Source: Oscillospiraceae bacterium (lineage in GTDB: Bacteria; Bacillota; Clostridia; Oscillospirales; UBA929). Taken from it: a stretch of 64,000 bases of DNA. Within the stretch, counting starts at the first letter, position 1, and the number at the start of each line of letters is the position of its first letter. The position numbers and the translations under genes are program-made. Below are positions 18,204 through 27,624 of the stretch, in pieces. The notes under the pieces are model-generated. The model had not been told where the DNA came from and did not search any database. It saw nothing but the letters and a program-made list of their open reading frames with translations. The stretch lies in NCBI GenBank assembly GCA_031253545.1, contig JAIRWH010000009.1, positions 3,066 to 67,065 on the forward strand. The letters run 5' to 3'.

Positions 18204-20777
18204 GTGGGGTTCACGTCCTACAAACGTATCCTCGTGCTTCTCTCCGTGGTGCTCCTCGCTATATTCGCGGTGCTCGCCGCGTCCGTCCGCGGCGTGGTTT
18301 CGCTTGCCGTGTCCTCCTACCTCTCCGACGGCGCGGTCACGCTCATCATCGTCTTTTTGTTCGCCGCCGCCTTCGCCGCGCTCGGCTCGGCGTTTGCGGT
18401 CACCGCCAAGATTATCCTCCGCCCCATACGGAGGCTTACCGCCATTGTGCGCTCTATTTCGGAAGGCAACTTAGACGTTACCATCGGCGGCGACGACCAA
18501 GACTTCGGCGTGGGCAGCGAACTCGGCGTGCTCGCCCGCTCGCTTGAGAAAATGCTGCAAACGCTGCGGCATATCCGTTCGCTTGAAGAGCTTGCCGCGC
18601 AAGCCCAAACCGACAGGACCCGCGCGGAGGCTTCCGCGCGCGCCAAGAGCGAGTTCCTCGCCAAGATGAGCCACGAAATCCGCACCCCCATGAACGCCAT
18701 TATCGGCATGGCGGAGCTTGCGCTGCGCGAGAACCTGCCCTCCGCCGCCATGGAGCATATACGCACCATTCAGCAGGCCGGCAACAACCTGCTTTCCATA
18801 ATCAACGACATACTCGACTTCTCCAAAATCGAAATGCGCAAACTGGAGATAACCCCCGCCGAATATCAATTCTCCTCGCTCATTAACGATGTGGTGAGCA
18901 TTATCCGCATGAAAACGCTCGACACGGAAATCCGCTTTGTGGTGAACGTAGACAGCAAAATACCCGACAGGCTCGTCGGCGACGAGGTGCGCTTGCGCCA
19001 GATATTGCTCAATGTACTGTCCAACGCCGTGAAATACACGGAAAAGGGTTTCGTGTCCTTCTCTGTTTTCGGCAACGCCGCGGGCGAGGACGGCCTTATC
19101 ACCGAAAACGGCATTATCAACCTCATGTTCGAGGTGGTGGACACGGGCAAGGGCATAAAGCAGGAGGACCTCGACAAGCTCTTCCGCGAATTTGTGCAGG
19201 TAGACTTAGAAAGCAACAAGGGCGTGGAGGGCACGGGTCTGGGCCTTGCCATAACCCACGGCCTTGCCACGGCCATGGGCGGCAACGTCACCGTCTACTC
19301 CGATTACGGCAAGGGTAGTATATTCACCGTAAACATACCCCAAACCGTTGCCGACCCCGCGCCGCTCGCCTCCGTGAGCGACCCGGAAACGAAGAGCGTG
19401 CTCATATACGAGCGGCGCGACCTGTTTGCCGGCTCGCTTGCCATGACGCTTGCCGGCTTGGATGTCCCGTGTACGCACGTGGTTTCCCCGGAGGAACTGA
19501 GCGAGGAACTGAGCGCCAATACTTACCGCTTCATCTTCGTGGCCGCCGGATTGATGGAAAGCGCGGAAAGCCTGCTCAGTCAATACGGCTCCCGCTCGGA
19601 AATAGTGCTCCTCACGGAGTTTGGCGAGACGACCGGCGATTATGGGCTGAATATCGTCGCCATGCCCGCTTACGCCGTGTCCATAGCGAATATACTCAAC
19701 GGCGTCAGCACTTCCGAGACATTCAGCAACGTATACGACGGCAGCCCCCGTTTCTGCGCGCCCGAAGCCGACGTCTTGGTGGTGGACGATATTGGCACCA
19801 ACCTCAAGGTGGCGGAAGGCCTGCTCTCGCCGTACAAGATGAAGGTGGACACCTGCAAGAGCGGTTTGGAGGCCGTGAGGCTTATTACCGGCAAGCGTTA
19901 CCACCTTGTGCTCATGGACCACATGATGCCGCAGATGAACGGCTTGGAGGCCACGGCCAAAATCCGCTCTATGGGCGGGGAGGACCCCTACTACTCCTCC
20001 GTGCCCATCATCGCCCTCACGGCAAACGCCGTGGTGGGCACGCGGGAAATGTACCTTGCCAACGGCTTCGACGATTACCTCTCCAAACCCATAGACACGG
20101 TGAAGCTCGCCGCCATGCTCGACAAATGGGTGCCGCGTGACTTGCGCCGCCAGCCGGACGGCGTTGTGCAAACCAAAGGCGGCGGCACGCTCCACGACAT
20201 AGACGGCCTTGATGTGCGCACGGGAGTGGCCATGACCGGCGGCTCGGTGGAGAATTACAACCACACGCTCTCCATGTTTGCCATGGACGCCGCGGAAAAG
20301 GTGGAGGAACTGCGCCGTTGCTTGGAATGCAACGATATTTCGCTTTACACCACATACGTCCACGCCTTAAAGAGCGCTTGCGCCAGTATCGGCGCGCCCG
20401 GCATATCGCGCGACGCCGCCGACTTGGAGGCGGCCGGCAAACGCGGCGACCTCACCTATATCAACCTGCACCACGGCAAGCTGCTTGAAGACCTCTCGTC
20501 TTTGGCCGCGCGCGTTTCCGCCGCGCTCAACGACGATTACGACAACATGGTTGATGTGGACGAAGATTCGCTCATGATGTCGCTTGCCTCGCTCAAAACG
20601 GCCTTGGAGGAGTTTGACATCGCCGCCATAGACTCGCTCACCACCGAGCTGCGCGTTTTTGAGCGCAACGCCGACTACGGCCGCCAAATCCTCTCTATAC
20701 ACCAAAACATCCTCATCGGCGAATATGATGCCGCCACGGATACCATCAACGAAATGCTCCCCGCCAACGCCACTTAG
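18204..20777 (+). CDS. Hybrid sensor histidine kinase (TM-HAMP-HisKA-HATPase-degenerate receiver-REC-HPt)
   Basis: H-box SHEIRTPMNAIIGMAE; G-boxes DTGKGI and GTGLGLAI. REC: VLVVDDIGTNLKV...LVLMDHMMPQMNGLE...LTANA...YLSKP. HPt: YVHALKSACASIGA. It starts at GTG 2 nt after the upstream stop. Confidence 0.9.
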   Translation: MGFTSYKRILVLLSVVLLAIFAVLAASVRGVVSLAVSSYLSDGAVTLIIVFLFAAAFAALGSAFAVTAKIILRPIRRLTAIVRSISEGNLDVTIGGDDQDFGVGSELGVLARSLEKMLQTLRHIRSLEELAAQAQTDRTRAEASARAKSEFLAKMSHEIRTPMNAIIGMAELALRENLPSAAMEHIRTIQQAGNNLLSIINDILDFSKIEMRKLEITPAEYQFSSLINDVVSIIRMKTLDTEIRFVVNVDSKIPDRLVGDEVRLRQILLNVLSNAVKYTEKGFVSFSVFGNAAGEDGLITENGIINLMFEVVDTGKGIKQEDLDKLFREFVQVDLESNKGVEGTGLGLAITHGLATAMGGNVTVYSDYGKGSIFTVNIPQTVADPAPLASVSDPETKSVLIYERRDLFAGSLAMTLAGLDVPCTHVVSPEELSEELSANTYRFIFVAAGLMESAESLLSQYGSRSEIVLLTEFGETTGDYGLNIVAMPAYAVSIANILNGVSTSETFSNVYDGSPRFCAPEADVLVVDDIGTNLKVAEGLLSPYKMKVDTCKSGLEAVRLITGKRYHLVLMDHMMPQMNGLEATAKIRSMGGEDPYYSSVPIIALTANAVVGTREMYLANGFDDYLSKPIDTVKLAAMLDKWVPRDLRRQPDGVVQTKGGGTLHDIDGLDVRTGVAMTGGSVENYNHTLSMFAMDAAEKVEELRRCLECNDISLYTTYVHALKSACASIGAPGISRDAADLEAAGKRGDLTYINLHHGKLLEDLSSLAARVSAALNDDYDNMVDVDEDSLMMSLASLKTALEEFDIAAIDSLTTELRVFERNADYGRQILSIHQNILIGEYDAATDTINEMLPANAT

Positions 20778-22318
20778 GAAACCTTGCCGCGCCTGAGCAG
20801 CCCCCGTGTTATGGCGATTACCTCTTTTGTATAACGCGTGCGGAGCAGAAAATGCGCCGCGGCGTATACCGCCGCCCCGGCAAACACCACCGCCGCAATG
20901 AGCGCGGCGCTTCGCAGGGTGGCTCCCCCGGCAAGCGGCAGCTTCCGGGAGGCCGCGTACACCGCCGCGCCCATTGCCGCCGCCGCCGCGACTGTTTTCA
21001 GCCATTCCGGAAGCAGCGCCCAAAGCCCCAGCGGGCCGAGTTTCTTCCTCAGCGCCAGCAACAGCAGCAGCAGCGACAGCACGGATGCCGAGCTTGTGGC
21101 CAAAGACAGCCCGACGTGTTTCAGGTTGCCTATGAGCAACAGGTTCAACCCCACGCTGAGAACCACCGCCGCGCCCGCGATTATGGCGGGCGTTTTTGTG
21201 TCTTTCATGGAAAACATCGCCCTCACCGCGATGGTGCCTATGCTCGTGGTAAAGAGCAGCGGCGCGTACATCCGCAGGCACTGGGCTGTCATCACGGTAT
21301 CTTCGGGCGTGAACATCCCGCGCTCGAAGAGCAGGGCTGTGACGGGTTCGGCAAGGAGTATCAGACCCAGCACGGCGGGCAGCAGTGTGGGCGCGAGAAG
21401 CCTCACGGTCTTGTTGAAGTATTCCTTTATGACGCGCACCTCATTTTGCGCCGCAAGCTCCGACATCTTCGGAAAGAGCACCGTGGCCGCCGACGCGCCC
21501 ACAAGGCCCGTCATCACGCTGACCACCCTGTTGGCGTAGTTGAGGCATGAAACGCTGCCCGCCACAAGGGAGGACGCGAAGTTTCTGTCTACAATCTGGT
21601 TAATCTCGCCGATGAAGGTGGACAGCATGACCGGCGCGAGCAAGACGAGCATGGTTTTCAGCTCCGGCGCGCGCGGGTTGAGATACGGCCGATACGCGTA
21701 CTCGTGCCGCCTTGCGGCCATGAAGAACACCGTGACGGTCACGGCGTGGCCGGCGATAACGCCCGCGCCCATGAGCAGCGGCGCGGAGGCTCGCCCCGAA
21801 AGGTATATGAAGATGATGGCGGCCACGTTGAGCGGTATGTTGGCTATGGCCGAGAGGAAAAACGCCTTGCGCATCTGCAAAAAGGCTTGGAGTACACCCG
21901 CGGCCAACAGCGGCGCGGCGGACCAGACCATAATCCGCAGCAAGGCGGAGGCCATGTCGAACGACTCTTTCTCAAACTGCGAGGCAAACAGGAAGGTGAG
22001 CGCTTGCGGCACTACGGTGAAGACCGCCGAAAACACCAATCCGATGAGCAGCATCATCGTGATGATGTTGTCGGTAAACTTCCGCCTGCCGTCTCCGAGA
22101 CGGGCGAACATGGGTATGAACGCCGACGCCACCGAGGAACCCACCAGCATCAGCACAATGCCCGGCACAGAGTAGGCCACGGTAAACGCGTCGCTTATCG
22201 CGCCCGCGCCGTAAGTGCGCGCGAGGGTCATCTCGCGCAGGAAGCCGAGCAAGCGAAGCGCCACTGTGGCCGCCGCGACAAGCGCGGCCGACGCCACAAG
22301 GGGTTGTGTGTTCTTCAT
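20774..22318 (-). CDS. murJ: Lipid II flippase MurJ/MviN
   Basis: 514 aa and polytopic. The N-terminus ...LRLLGFLREMTLARTYGAGAISDAF is typical of MurJ. Confidence 0.9.
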   Translation of the reverse strand: MKNTQPLVASAALVAAATVALRLLGFLREMTLARTYGAGAISDAFTVAYSVPGIVLMLVGSSVASAFIPMFARLGDGRRKFTDNIITMMLLIGLVFSAVFTVVPQALTFLFASQFEKESFDMASALLRIMVWSAAPLLAAGVLQAFLQMRKAFFLSAIANIPLNVAAIIFIYLSGRASAPLLMGAGVIAGHAVTVTVFFMAARRHEYAYRPYLNPRAPELKTMLVLLAPVMLSTFIGEINQIVDRNFASSLVAGSVSCLNYANRVVSVMTGLVGASAATVLFPKMSELAAQNEVRVIKEYFNKTVRLLAPTLLPAVLGLILLAEPVTALLFERGMFTPEDTVMTAQCLRMYAPLLFTTSIGTIAVRAMFSMKDTKTPAIIAGAAVVLSVGLNLLLIGNLKHVGLSLATSSASVLSLLLLLLALRKKLGPLGLWALLPEWLKTVAAAAAMGAAVYAASRKLPLAGGATLRSAALIAAVVFAGAAVYAAAHFLLRTRYTKEVIAITRGLLRRGKVS

Positions 22319-22324
22319 AGGCAG

Positions 22325-22354
22325 ATTATACCCTCACCGCCCCGCGTTTGTCAA
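22325..22354 (-). promoter_or_regulatory. Sigma70-like promoter abutting the murJ ATG (possible leaderless transcript)
   Basis: On the minus strand: TTGACA, 18 nt, TATAAT, 6 nt, ATG. No SD sequence is present. Confidence 0.45.
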
Positions 22355-22402
22355 GCCGCACCGCGGTCGGGAACGCGCCGCCGCGCAGCCCCGCTTCTCC
22401 GC

Positions 22403-25400
22403 TTACGCGGGAGGTCGGTTGCGAAACGCGCCCGCGAGCATGAGCTTTATGCGGTTTACCTGATTGACCTCCGAAGCGCCGGGGTCGTAGTCTATCGGCA
22501 CGATGTTGCTTTGCGGATACAGCTCGCGCAGCTTGCGTATCATGCCCTTGCCCGTGACATGGTTTGGCAGGCAGGCAAACGGCTGGGCGCAGACGATGTT
22601 GGGCACGCCGCTTTCAATGAGGTCTATCATCTCCGCCGTCAGGAGCCACCCCTCGCCGCATTGGTTTGCCAAAGACAAGACCCGCTTGGCTTTTTGCGCG
22701 AGGGCGTGTATGGACGGCTCGGCGTGGAAGCGCGCGGAGGACGCGAGCCGCGCGCGCATGGCGTGTTCGTAAAGCCCGATGAACCTGACGGTGAGACCGA
22801 GGAGGAACGCGGAAAGCGCGAATCCGCCGTAGGCCTTTTGCTTTACCACATTGTTATAGAAGCAATATGTCACAAAGCCCATGAGCCCGGGAACGGTCAC
22901 TTCGCAGCCCTCGCGCTCGAGCATGGCCACCACGTTGTTGTTGGCATCCGGGTGAAACTTCACCAATATCTCGCCCACCACGCCCACCCTCGGCAAACGC
23001 GGAGCCTCGCGCAGCGGCAGCGCGTCGAACGCGTCCGCGATACCGCAAAGCATACGGCGAAACGACATACGCTTGCCCTTACCCTCCACGCTGAGGGCGC
23101 ATTTATCGAGCCATTGGCGATACAGCGCGTTGGCCGAGCCGGGCACGGCCTCGTATGGACGTGTGCGCAGCAGCACGGTTTGGAGCAGGTCGCCTATGAG
23201 TATGGCGCGGATGGCGTTCAGCGCCATATCGGCGGAGTAGCGCAAGCCCTTATTTTTCTCTATGCCGTTTACGCTTAGGCCCACGATGGGCACCTGCGGG
23301 TAGCCTGCCTCGCCGAGGGCGCGGCGCAGCATGGCGGCATAGTTGGTGGCCCTGCAGCCGCCGCCCGTCTGCGTGATAAACACCGAGACGTTATGCGGGT
23401 CGTATTGCCCGGACATAACGGCGCTCAACATCTGCCCCACCACCGATATGCACGGGTAGCAAGCGTCGTTGTTCACATAGCGCAAGCCGAGCTCCACGTC
23501 TTCCGGCGTGGTGTGCGGCGGTATGACCATGTTGTAGCCGGCGCGGCGGAAGACGCGCTCTATCAGCTCGAAGTGTACGGGCGACATCTGCGGCGCTAAG
23601 ACCGTGTGCGCTTTCCGCATGGGCGCGGTAAACTCGCGGCGGCGCAGTATGTAGGGTCCGGCGGACGCGGATTGCTCGCCCTCGCGGGATTTGAGGGCGG
23701 CGGCGAGCGAGCGCATACGGATACGCGCCGCGCCAAGGGAATTGACCTCGTCTATTTTGATTACCGTGTATATTTTGCCCGCCGCGCGCATTATCTCGGC
23801 CACCTGGTCTGTGGTAACGGCATCTAAGCCGCAGCCGAACGAATTGAGCTGCACCAATTCCAAACGTTCGTGGCTTGCCGTGACGGCGGCGGCATCGTAT
23901 AGGCGCGTGTGGTATGTCCACTGGTCCATTACGCGCAGGGGTCTTTTCACCTTTGCCCTGTGGGCCACGGAATCCTCCGTGAGCACGGCGAAGCCCAGCG
24001 ACGTGAGCAGCCCCGGCAGCCCGTGGTGTATCTCCGGGTCCACGTGATACGGCCGCCCTGCGAGCACGATGCCCGTTTTGCCCTCGCGCTCCAACATGGC
24101 GATGGTGCTGTCGCCCATGCGGCGCAAGTCTTCGCGCACACGCCGCGCTTCGGCAAAGCCCGCCCTTAGCGCCCGCCGCACCTGCGGCAGGGTTACCCCC
24201 GCATAGGCAAACTCGGCGTGAAGGGTGCGGGGGATTTTGCGCGTATGGCGCAGCGAGATGAAGGGTTTGAGCAGGCGCACGTTTTCTTTTTGCAGGCGGT
24301 CTACGTTGGAATGGATGACCTCCGGGTAGCTTTGCACGATGGGGCAGTTATAGTGGTTGCCGGCTTCGGGGTTTTCCGGGGTTTCGTATGCCACGCAGGG
24401 ATAGAAGATGGTCTTCACGCCGGAGGCGATGAGTTCCTCCACATGGCCGTGGGCGAGCTTCGCGGGGTAGCAGACGCTTTCGGAGGGTATGGTGGACATG
24501 CCGCTCTCGAAGAGCCTGTGGTCGGACAGGCGCGACAGGCGCACGGAGAAGCCGAGGCGGGTGAGGAACGTATGCCACAAGGGGTAGTTTTCATACATGT
24601 TCAGGGCGCGCGGTATGCCGATAACGCCGCGCGGGGCGGCTTCCTCGGGAAGTGGCTCATATTGGAACAAGCGCTCTGACTTCCTTTGCACAAGGTCGGG
24701 CAGAGCGCCGCCGCCCTGCTCCTTGCCTTCGCCCTTTTCGCAGCGGTTGCCCGATATGAGGCGGCGGTGGCCGGAAAAGAGCGACACGGTGAGGCGGCAA
24801 CGGTTTTCGCAGCCTTGGCAGACGGCTTGGCGCACCTCGGCGGGCAGGGCTTCGCCGAGCTTATCCGCCGTGAGCAATGTGGAGCGGGTGAAGCGCTCTT
24901 TGGCAAAGAGCGCCGCGCCGAAAGCACCCATGATACCCGCGATGTCGGGGCGCGCGGGCTTTATGCCGGAGATAAGCTCGAAGGCGCGCAGCACGGCGTT
25001 ATTGAGGAAAGTGCCGCCTTGCACCGCCACGGAACGGCCGAGCGCGGCGGGCGATTTCATTTTTATGACCTTAAACAGCGCGTTGCGCACCACGGAATAG
25101 GAAAGTCCGCAGGAGATGTCGCCCACGGTGGCGCCTTCCTTTTGCGCTTGCTTTACGCGCGAGTTCATAAACACGGTGCAACGTGTGCCGAGGTCCACGG
25201 GCGAGGTTGATTCCAAGGCCTTTTCCCCGAAAGCGGCCGCGTCGAGACCCAAGGATTCCGCGAAGGTTTGCAGAAACGAGCCGCAGCCGGAGGAACAGGC
25301 TTCGTTTAGCAACACGGAGTCGAGCACGCCGTCTTTCACGCTCATGGCCTTCATGTCTTGCCCGCCGATGTCGAGTATGAAGCTGACATCGGGGAGGAAC

Positions 25401-26617
25401 TCCCGCGCCGCGCGCATGTGGCAAAGGGTCTCTATCTCGCCGCCGTCGGCTTGCAGGGCGGTTTGGAGCAGGCGCTCGCCGTAACCCGTGACCACGCAGC
25501 CGCCTATGTATGCCCGCGCGGGCAGGGCGGCGTAGATACGGCCGAGTATATCCGCGCTCTTGCGCAGCGGCGAGCCGTCGTTTGGCATATACTCCGAGTA
25601 GAGCAGGCGTGCCCGGCTGTCTATCAGGGCGGCCTTCACCGTGGTGGAGCCCGCGTCTATGCCCAAGTACACCGGCCCCGAGGCGAGCGCCATATCGGCG
25701 CGCGGCGCTTTCAGGGCGTGGTGGCGCTCGAAAAACTCGCGTTTGTCTTCCTCTGCGGCAAAGAGGCCGGGCAGCCTCTGTATGTCCGCGTCAATGGGGC
25801 CGGCGCTTGCCATGAGCGCGGGCAGGAGCGAGAGCGGCACGGATTTTTGCGAGGATAGGAGCGCCGCGCCATAGGCCACGAACACATGCGCGTCGGGCGG
25901 GGTGAAAAACTCCGAAACCGAGGCGGAAAGGGCGCGTTCGAAGGCTTGCCGCAACTGCGGCATATAATACAGCGGGCCGCCCAAAAACACCACCACACCC
26001 TCTATGGGCTGGCCGCAGGCAAGCCCCGCGATGGTTTGGTTGACCACGGCCTGCAACACCGAGGCGGCGAGGTCTTCGTGGGAGGCACCCTCGCCGAGCA
26101 GGGGCTGCATATCGCTCTTGGCGAACACGCCGCAGCGCGAGGCGATGGTGTAGAGCGCTTTGTGGCGCGAGGCGAGCGCATCTAAGCCGGCGGCAGCGGT
26201 TTGCAAGAGCGCCGCCATTTGGTCTATAAACGCGCCCGTGCCGCCGGCGCAAGTGCCGTTCATGCGCTGCGACACCACGGGCTTCATGAAGGTGATTTTC
26301 GCGTCCTCGCCGCCGAGCTCGATGACCACATCGGCATCCGGCCTGAGGCGCTCCACCGCGTGGGTGGCGGCCGCCACCTCCTGCACAAACGGCAGGCCGA
26401 GCGCCGAAGCCGCGCCCAAGCCCGCCGAGCCCGTGAGGCATATATACGCTTCCGTATCCCCGAAATCGCGCGCGAGAGCGCGGAAAAGCTCGGTAATCTC
26501 GCCCTTGATGTCGGAGCGGTGGCGCGTATAGGCGGAGTATGCCACCTTGCCGTTTTCCGAGAGCAATATCGCCTTGATGGTGGTGCTGCCGACATCTAAA
26601 CCGAGGCGGTATGTCAT
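22403..26617 (-). CDS. Giant fusion protein: two BcrAD/BadFG/HgdC-type activase ATPase modules plus a Cys-rich linker and DUF2229/HgdB-like C-terminal domains
   Basis: 1404 aa. Module 1 is YRLGLDVGSTTIKAILL...IELGGEDAKI...GTCAGGTGAFIDQ. Module 2 is VYLGIDAGSTTVKAALI...LDIGGQDMKA...EACSSGCGSFLQ. The linker reads CQGCENRCRL...GNRCEKG, followed by GIPRALNMYENYPLWHTFLTRLGF. Confidence 0.9.
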   Translation of the reverse strand: MTYRLGLDVGSTTIKAILLSENGKVAYSAYTRHRSDIKGEITELFRALARDFGDTEAYICLTGSAGLGAASALGLPFVQEVAAATHAVERLRPDADVVIELGGEDAKITFMKPVVSQRMNGTCAGGTGAFIDQMAALLQTAAAGLDALASRHKALYTIASRCGVFAKSDMQPLLGEGASHEDLAASVLQAVVNQTIAGLACGQPIEGVVVFLGGPLYYMPQLRQAFERALSASVSEFFTPPDAHVFVAYGAALLSSQKSVPLSLLPALMASAGPIDADIQRLPGLFAAEEDKREFFERHHALKAPRADMALASGPVYLGIDAGSTTVKAALIDSRARLLYSEYMPNDGSPLRKSADILGRIYAALPARAYIGGCVVTGYGERLLQTALQADGGEIETLCHMRAAREFLPDVSFILDIGGQDMKAMSVKDGVLDSVLLNEACSSGCGSFLQTFAESLGLDAAAFGEKALESTSPVDLGTRCTVFMNSRVKQAQKEGATVGDISCGLSYSVVRNALFKVIKMKSPAALGRSVAVQGGTFLNNAVLRAFELISGIKPARPDIAGIMGAFGAALFAKERFTRSTLLTADKLGEALPAEVRQAVCQGCENRCRLTVSLFSGHRRLISGNRCEKGEGKEQGGGALPDLVQRKSERLFQYEPLPEEAAPRGVIGIPRALNMYENYPLWHTFLTRLGFSVRLSRLSDHRLFESGMSTIPSESVCYPAKLAHGHVEELIASGVKTIFYPCVAYETPENPEAGNHYNCPIVQSYPEVIHSNVDRLQKENVRLLKPFISLRHTRKIPRTLHAEFAYAGVTLPQVRRALRAGFAEARRVREDLRRMGDSTIAMLEREGKTGIVLAGRPYHVDPEIHHGLPGLLTSLGFAVLTEDSVAHRAKVKRPLRVMDQWTYHTRLYDAAAVTASHERLELVQLNSFGCGLDAVTTDQVAEIMRAAGKIYTVIKIDEVNSLGAARIRMRSLAAALKSREGEQSASAGPYILRRREFTAPMRKAHTVLAPQMSPVHFELIERVFRRAGYNMVIPPHTTPEDVELGLRYVNNDACYPCISVVGQMLSAVMSGQYDPHNVSVFITQTGGGCRATNYAAMLRRALGEAGYPQVPIVGLSVNGIEKNKGLRYSADMALNAIRAILIGDLLQTVLLRTRPYEAVPGSANALYRQWLDKCALSVEGKGKRMSFRRMLCGIADAFDALPLREAPRLPRVGVVGEILVKFHPDANNNVVAMLEREGCEVTVPGLMGFVTYCFYNNVVKQKAYGGFALSAFLLGLTVRFIGLYEHAMRARLASSARFHAEPSIHALAQKAKRVLSLANQCGEGWLLTAEMIDLIESGVPNIVCAQPFACLPNHVTGKGMIRKLRELYPQSNIVPIDYDPGASEVNQVNRIKLMLAGAFRNRPPA

Positions 26618-27621
26618 TGGCTCGTGACTTCCCGCAGTATCACCAGGCTGCCGTCGGGCGGGCCGGTTTGCGTGTCGTTGCGCGGGAGGTACAGTGCGGC
26701 GAAACGCTCTTGCATATCGGACAAGGTTTGCCCGGCTTCGGGGTTGGCACCGAAGGCCGCCGTGTCCGCCGTGACGGCGGCGTATATGGGCAGCTCTATT
26801 TGCAAATCGAGCACTTTGTCTATGAACGCGAGTATCGCGTCGCCGCGCGAGTCGCCGTCGCGTTCGCCGTAGTCTATGGTGGAAAGGTTGCCGTCATAGG
26901 GGAAACAGAGGTTGTCGAGCAATATGGCATCGTAGCCTTCGGAGGCGGCTTGGGCAATCACGCCGAGCAGGTAGTCCGCCACCTCGTCCGAGAAGGGGTT
27001 GAGCCAGAGGCAGCCGTTGGAGTCCAACCAGTTGAAGCCGGCGCTGTGCTTCACGGCAAGCTCCGGGGATTCGCGGGCGAGCGCGCTGTCTTGAAACAGG
27101 GAGATATACGCCATGTAGGTAAAGCCATCGCCGAGAGTAAACGCGGCATCTTGGAGCAGGGTTTCGTCCACCGGCGCGCCGCCGTCGCTCTTGCGGTCTG
27201 CCAGCACAACCTGCGCGCCGAAAGACGCGGCGCTGTCGCGCAAGGCGGTGAGCGCGTCGGGGTCGGATATATCGTCCGCGGTGATATACAGCGCCTTCAA
27301 GACATCGGGCGCGGGCGGCAAGGGCGAAGGCGAGGGCGAGGGCGAGGGCGAAGGGGGAACGGGGGCGAGGGAAGGCGGCGCGGGGGAGTAATGGGTGGGC
27401 GGCGGCGTGACGCGCGCGAAGAAGGGGAGTATGAGGCGCTTTGTGCCGTCCCAGCTTGTGTGGATATAGCCCATGGCCCAGAATACCCCCGCGCCCGCGA
27501 GCACTCCGACAAGCACACCGAGCAACGCGAGGGTGACGGCGCGCTCGCCGCGGCTCCGGGGCGGCTTGGGCGGCTTAGGCTGTTTTTCCTTCTTTTCTTT
27601 TGTCTTCTTTTCGTCTGCCAT
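26614..27621 (-). CDS. Membrane-anchored DUF4015/GHL-type (putative glycoside-hydrolase-like TIM barrel) protein with Lys-rich N-terminus and Ser/Pro linker
   Basis: It starts MADEKKTKEKKEKQPKPPKPP, has a TM segment VTLALLGVLVGVLAGAGVFWAMG and a PSPSPSPSPSP linker. The domain reads ALYIT...FQDSALARESPELAV...GFNWLDSNGCLWLNPFSDEVADYLLGVIAQAASEGYDAILLDNLCFP. The family call is from memory of the DUF4015 pattern. Confidence 0.65.
   Translation of the reverse strand: MADEKKTKEKKEKQPKPPKPPRSRGERAVTLALLGVLVGVLAGAGVFWAMGYIHTSWDGTKRLILPFFARVTPPPTHYSPAPPSLAPVPPSPSPSPSPSPLPPAPDVLKALYITADDISDPDALTALRDSAASFGAQVVLADRKSDGGAPVDETLLQDAAFTLGDGFTYMAYISLFQDSALARESPELAVKHSAGFNWLDSNGCLWLNPFSDEVADYLLGVIAQAASEGYDAILLDNLCFPYDGNLSTIDYGERDGDSRGDAILAFIDKVLDLQIELPIYAAVTADTAAFGANPEAGQTLSDMQERFAALYLPRNDTQTGPPDGSLVILREVTSQ
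27323..27352. repeat. Five tandem GGCGAR hexamers encoding the (Ser-Pro)n linker
   Basis: GGCGAA GGCGAG GGCGAG GGCGAG GGCGAA, read directly from the sequence. Confidence 0.85.
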
Positions 27622-27624
27622 AGC

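Noticed and set aside
21704-23278. 524-aa plus-strand ORF spanning the murJ/activase junction
   Set aside because: It is antisense to two well-supported genes and crosses their intergenic region. It is Arg/His/Gly-rich junk.
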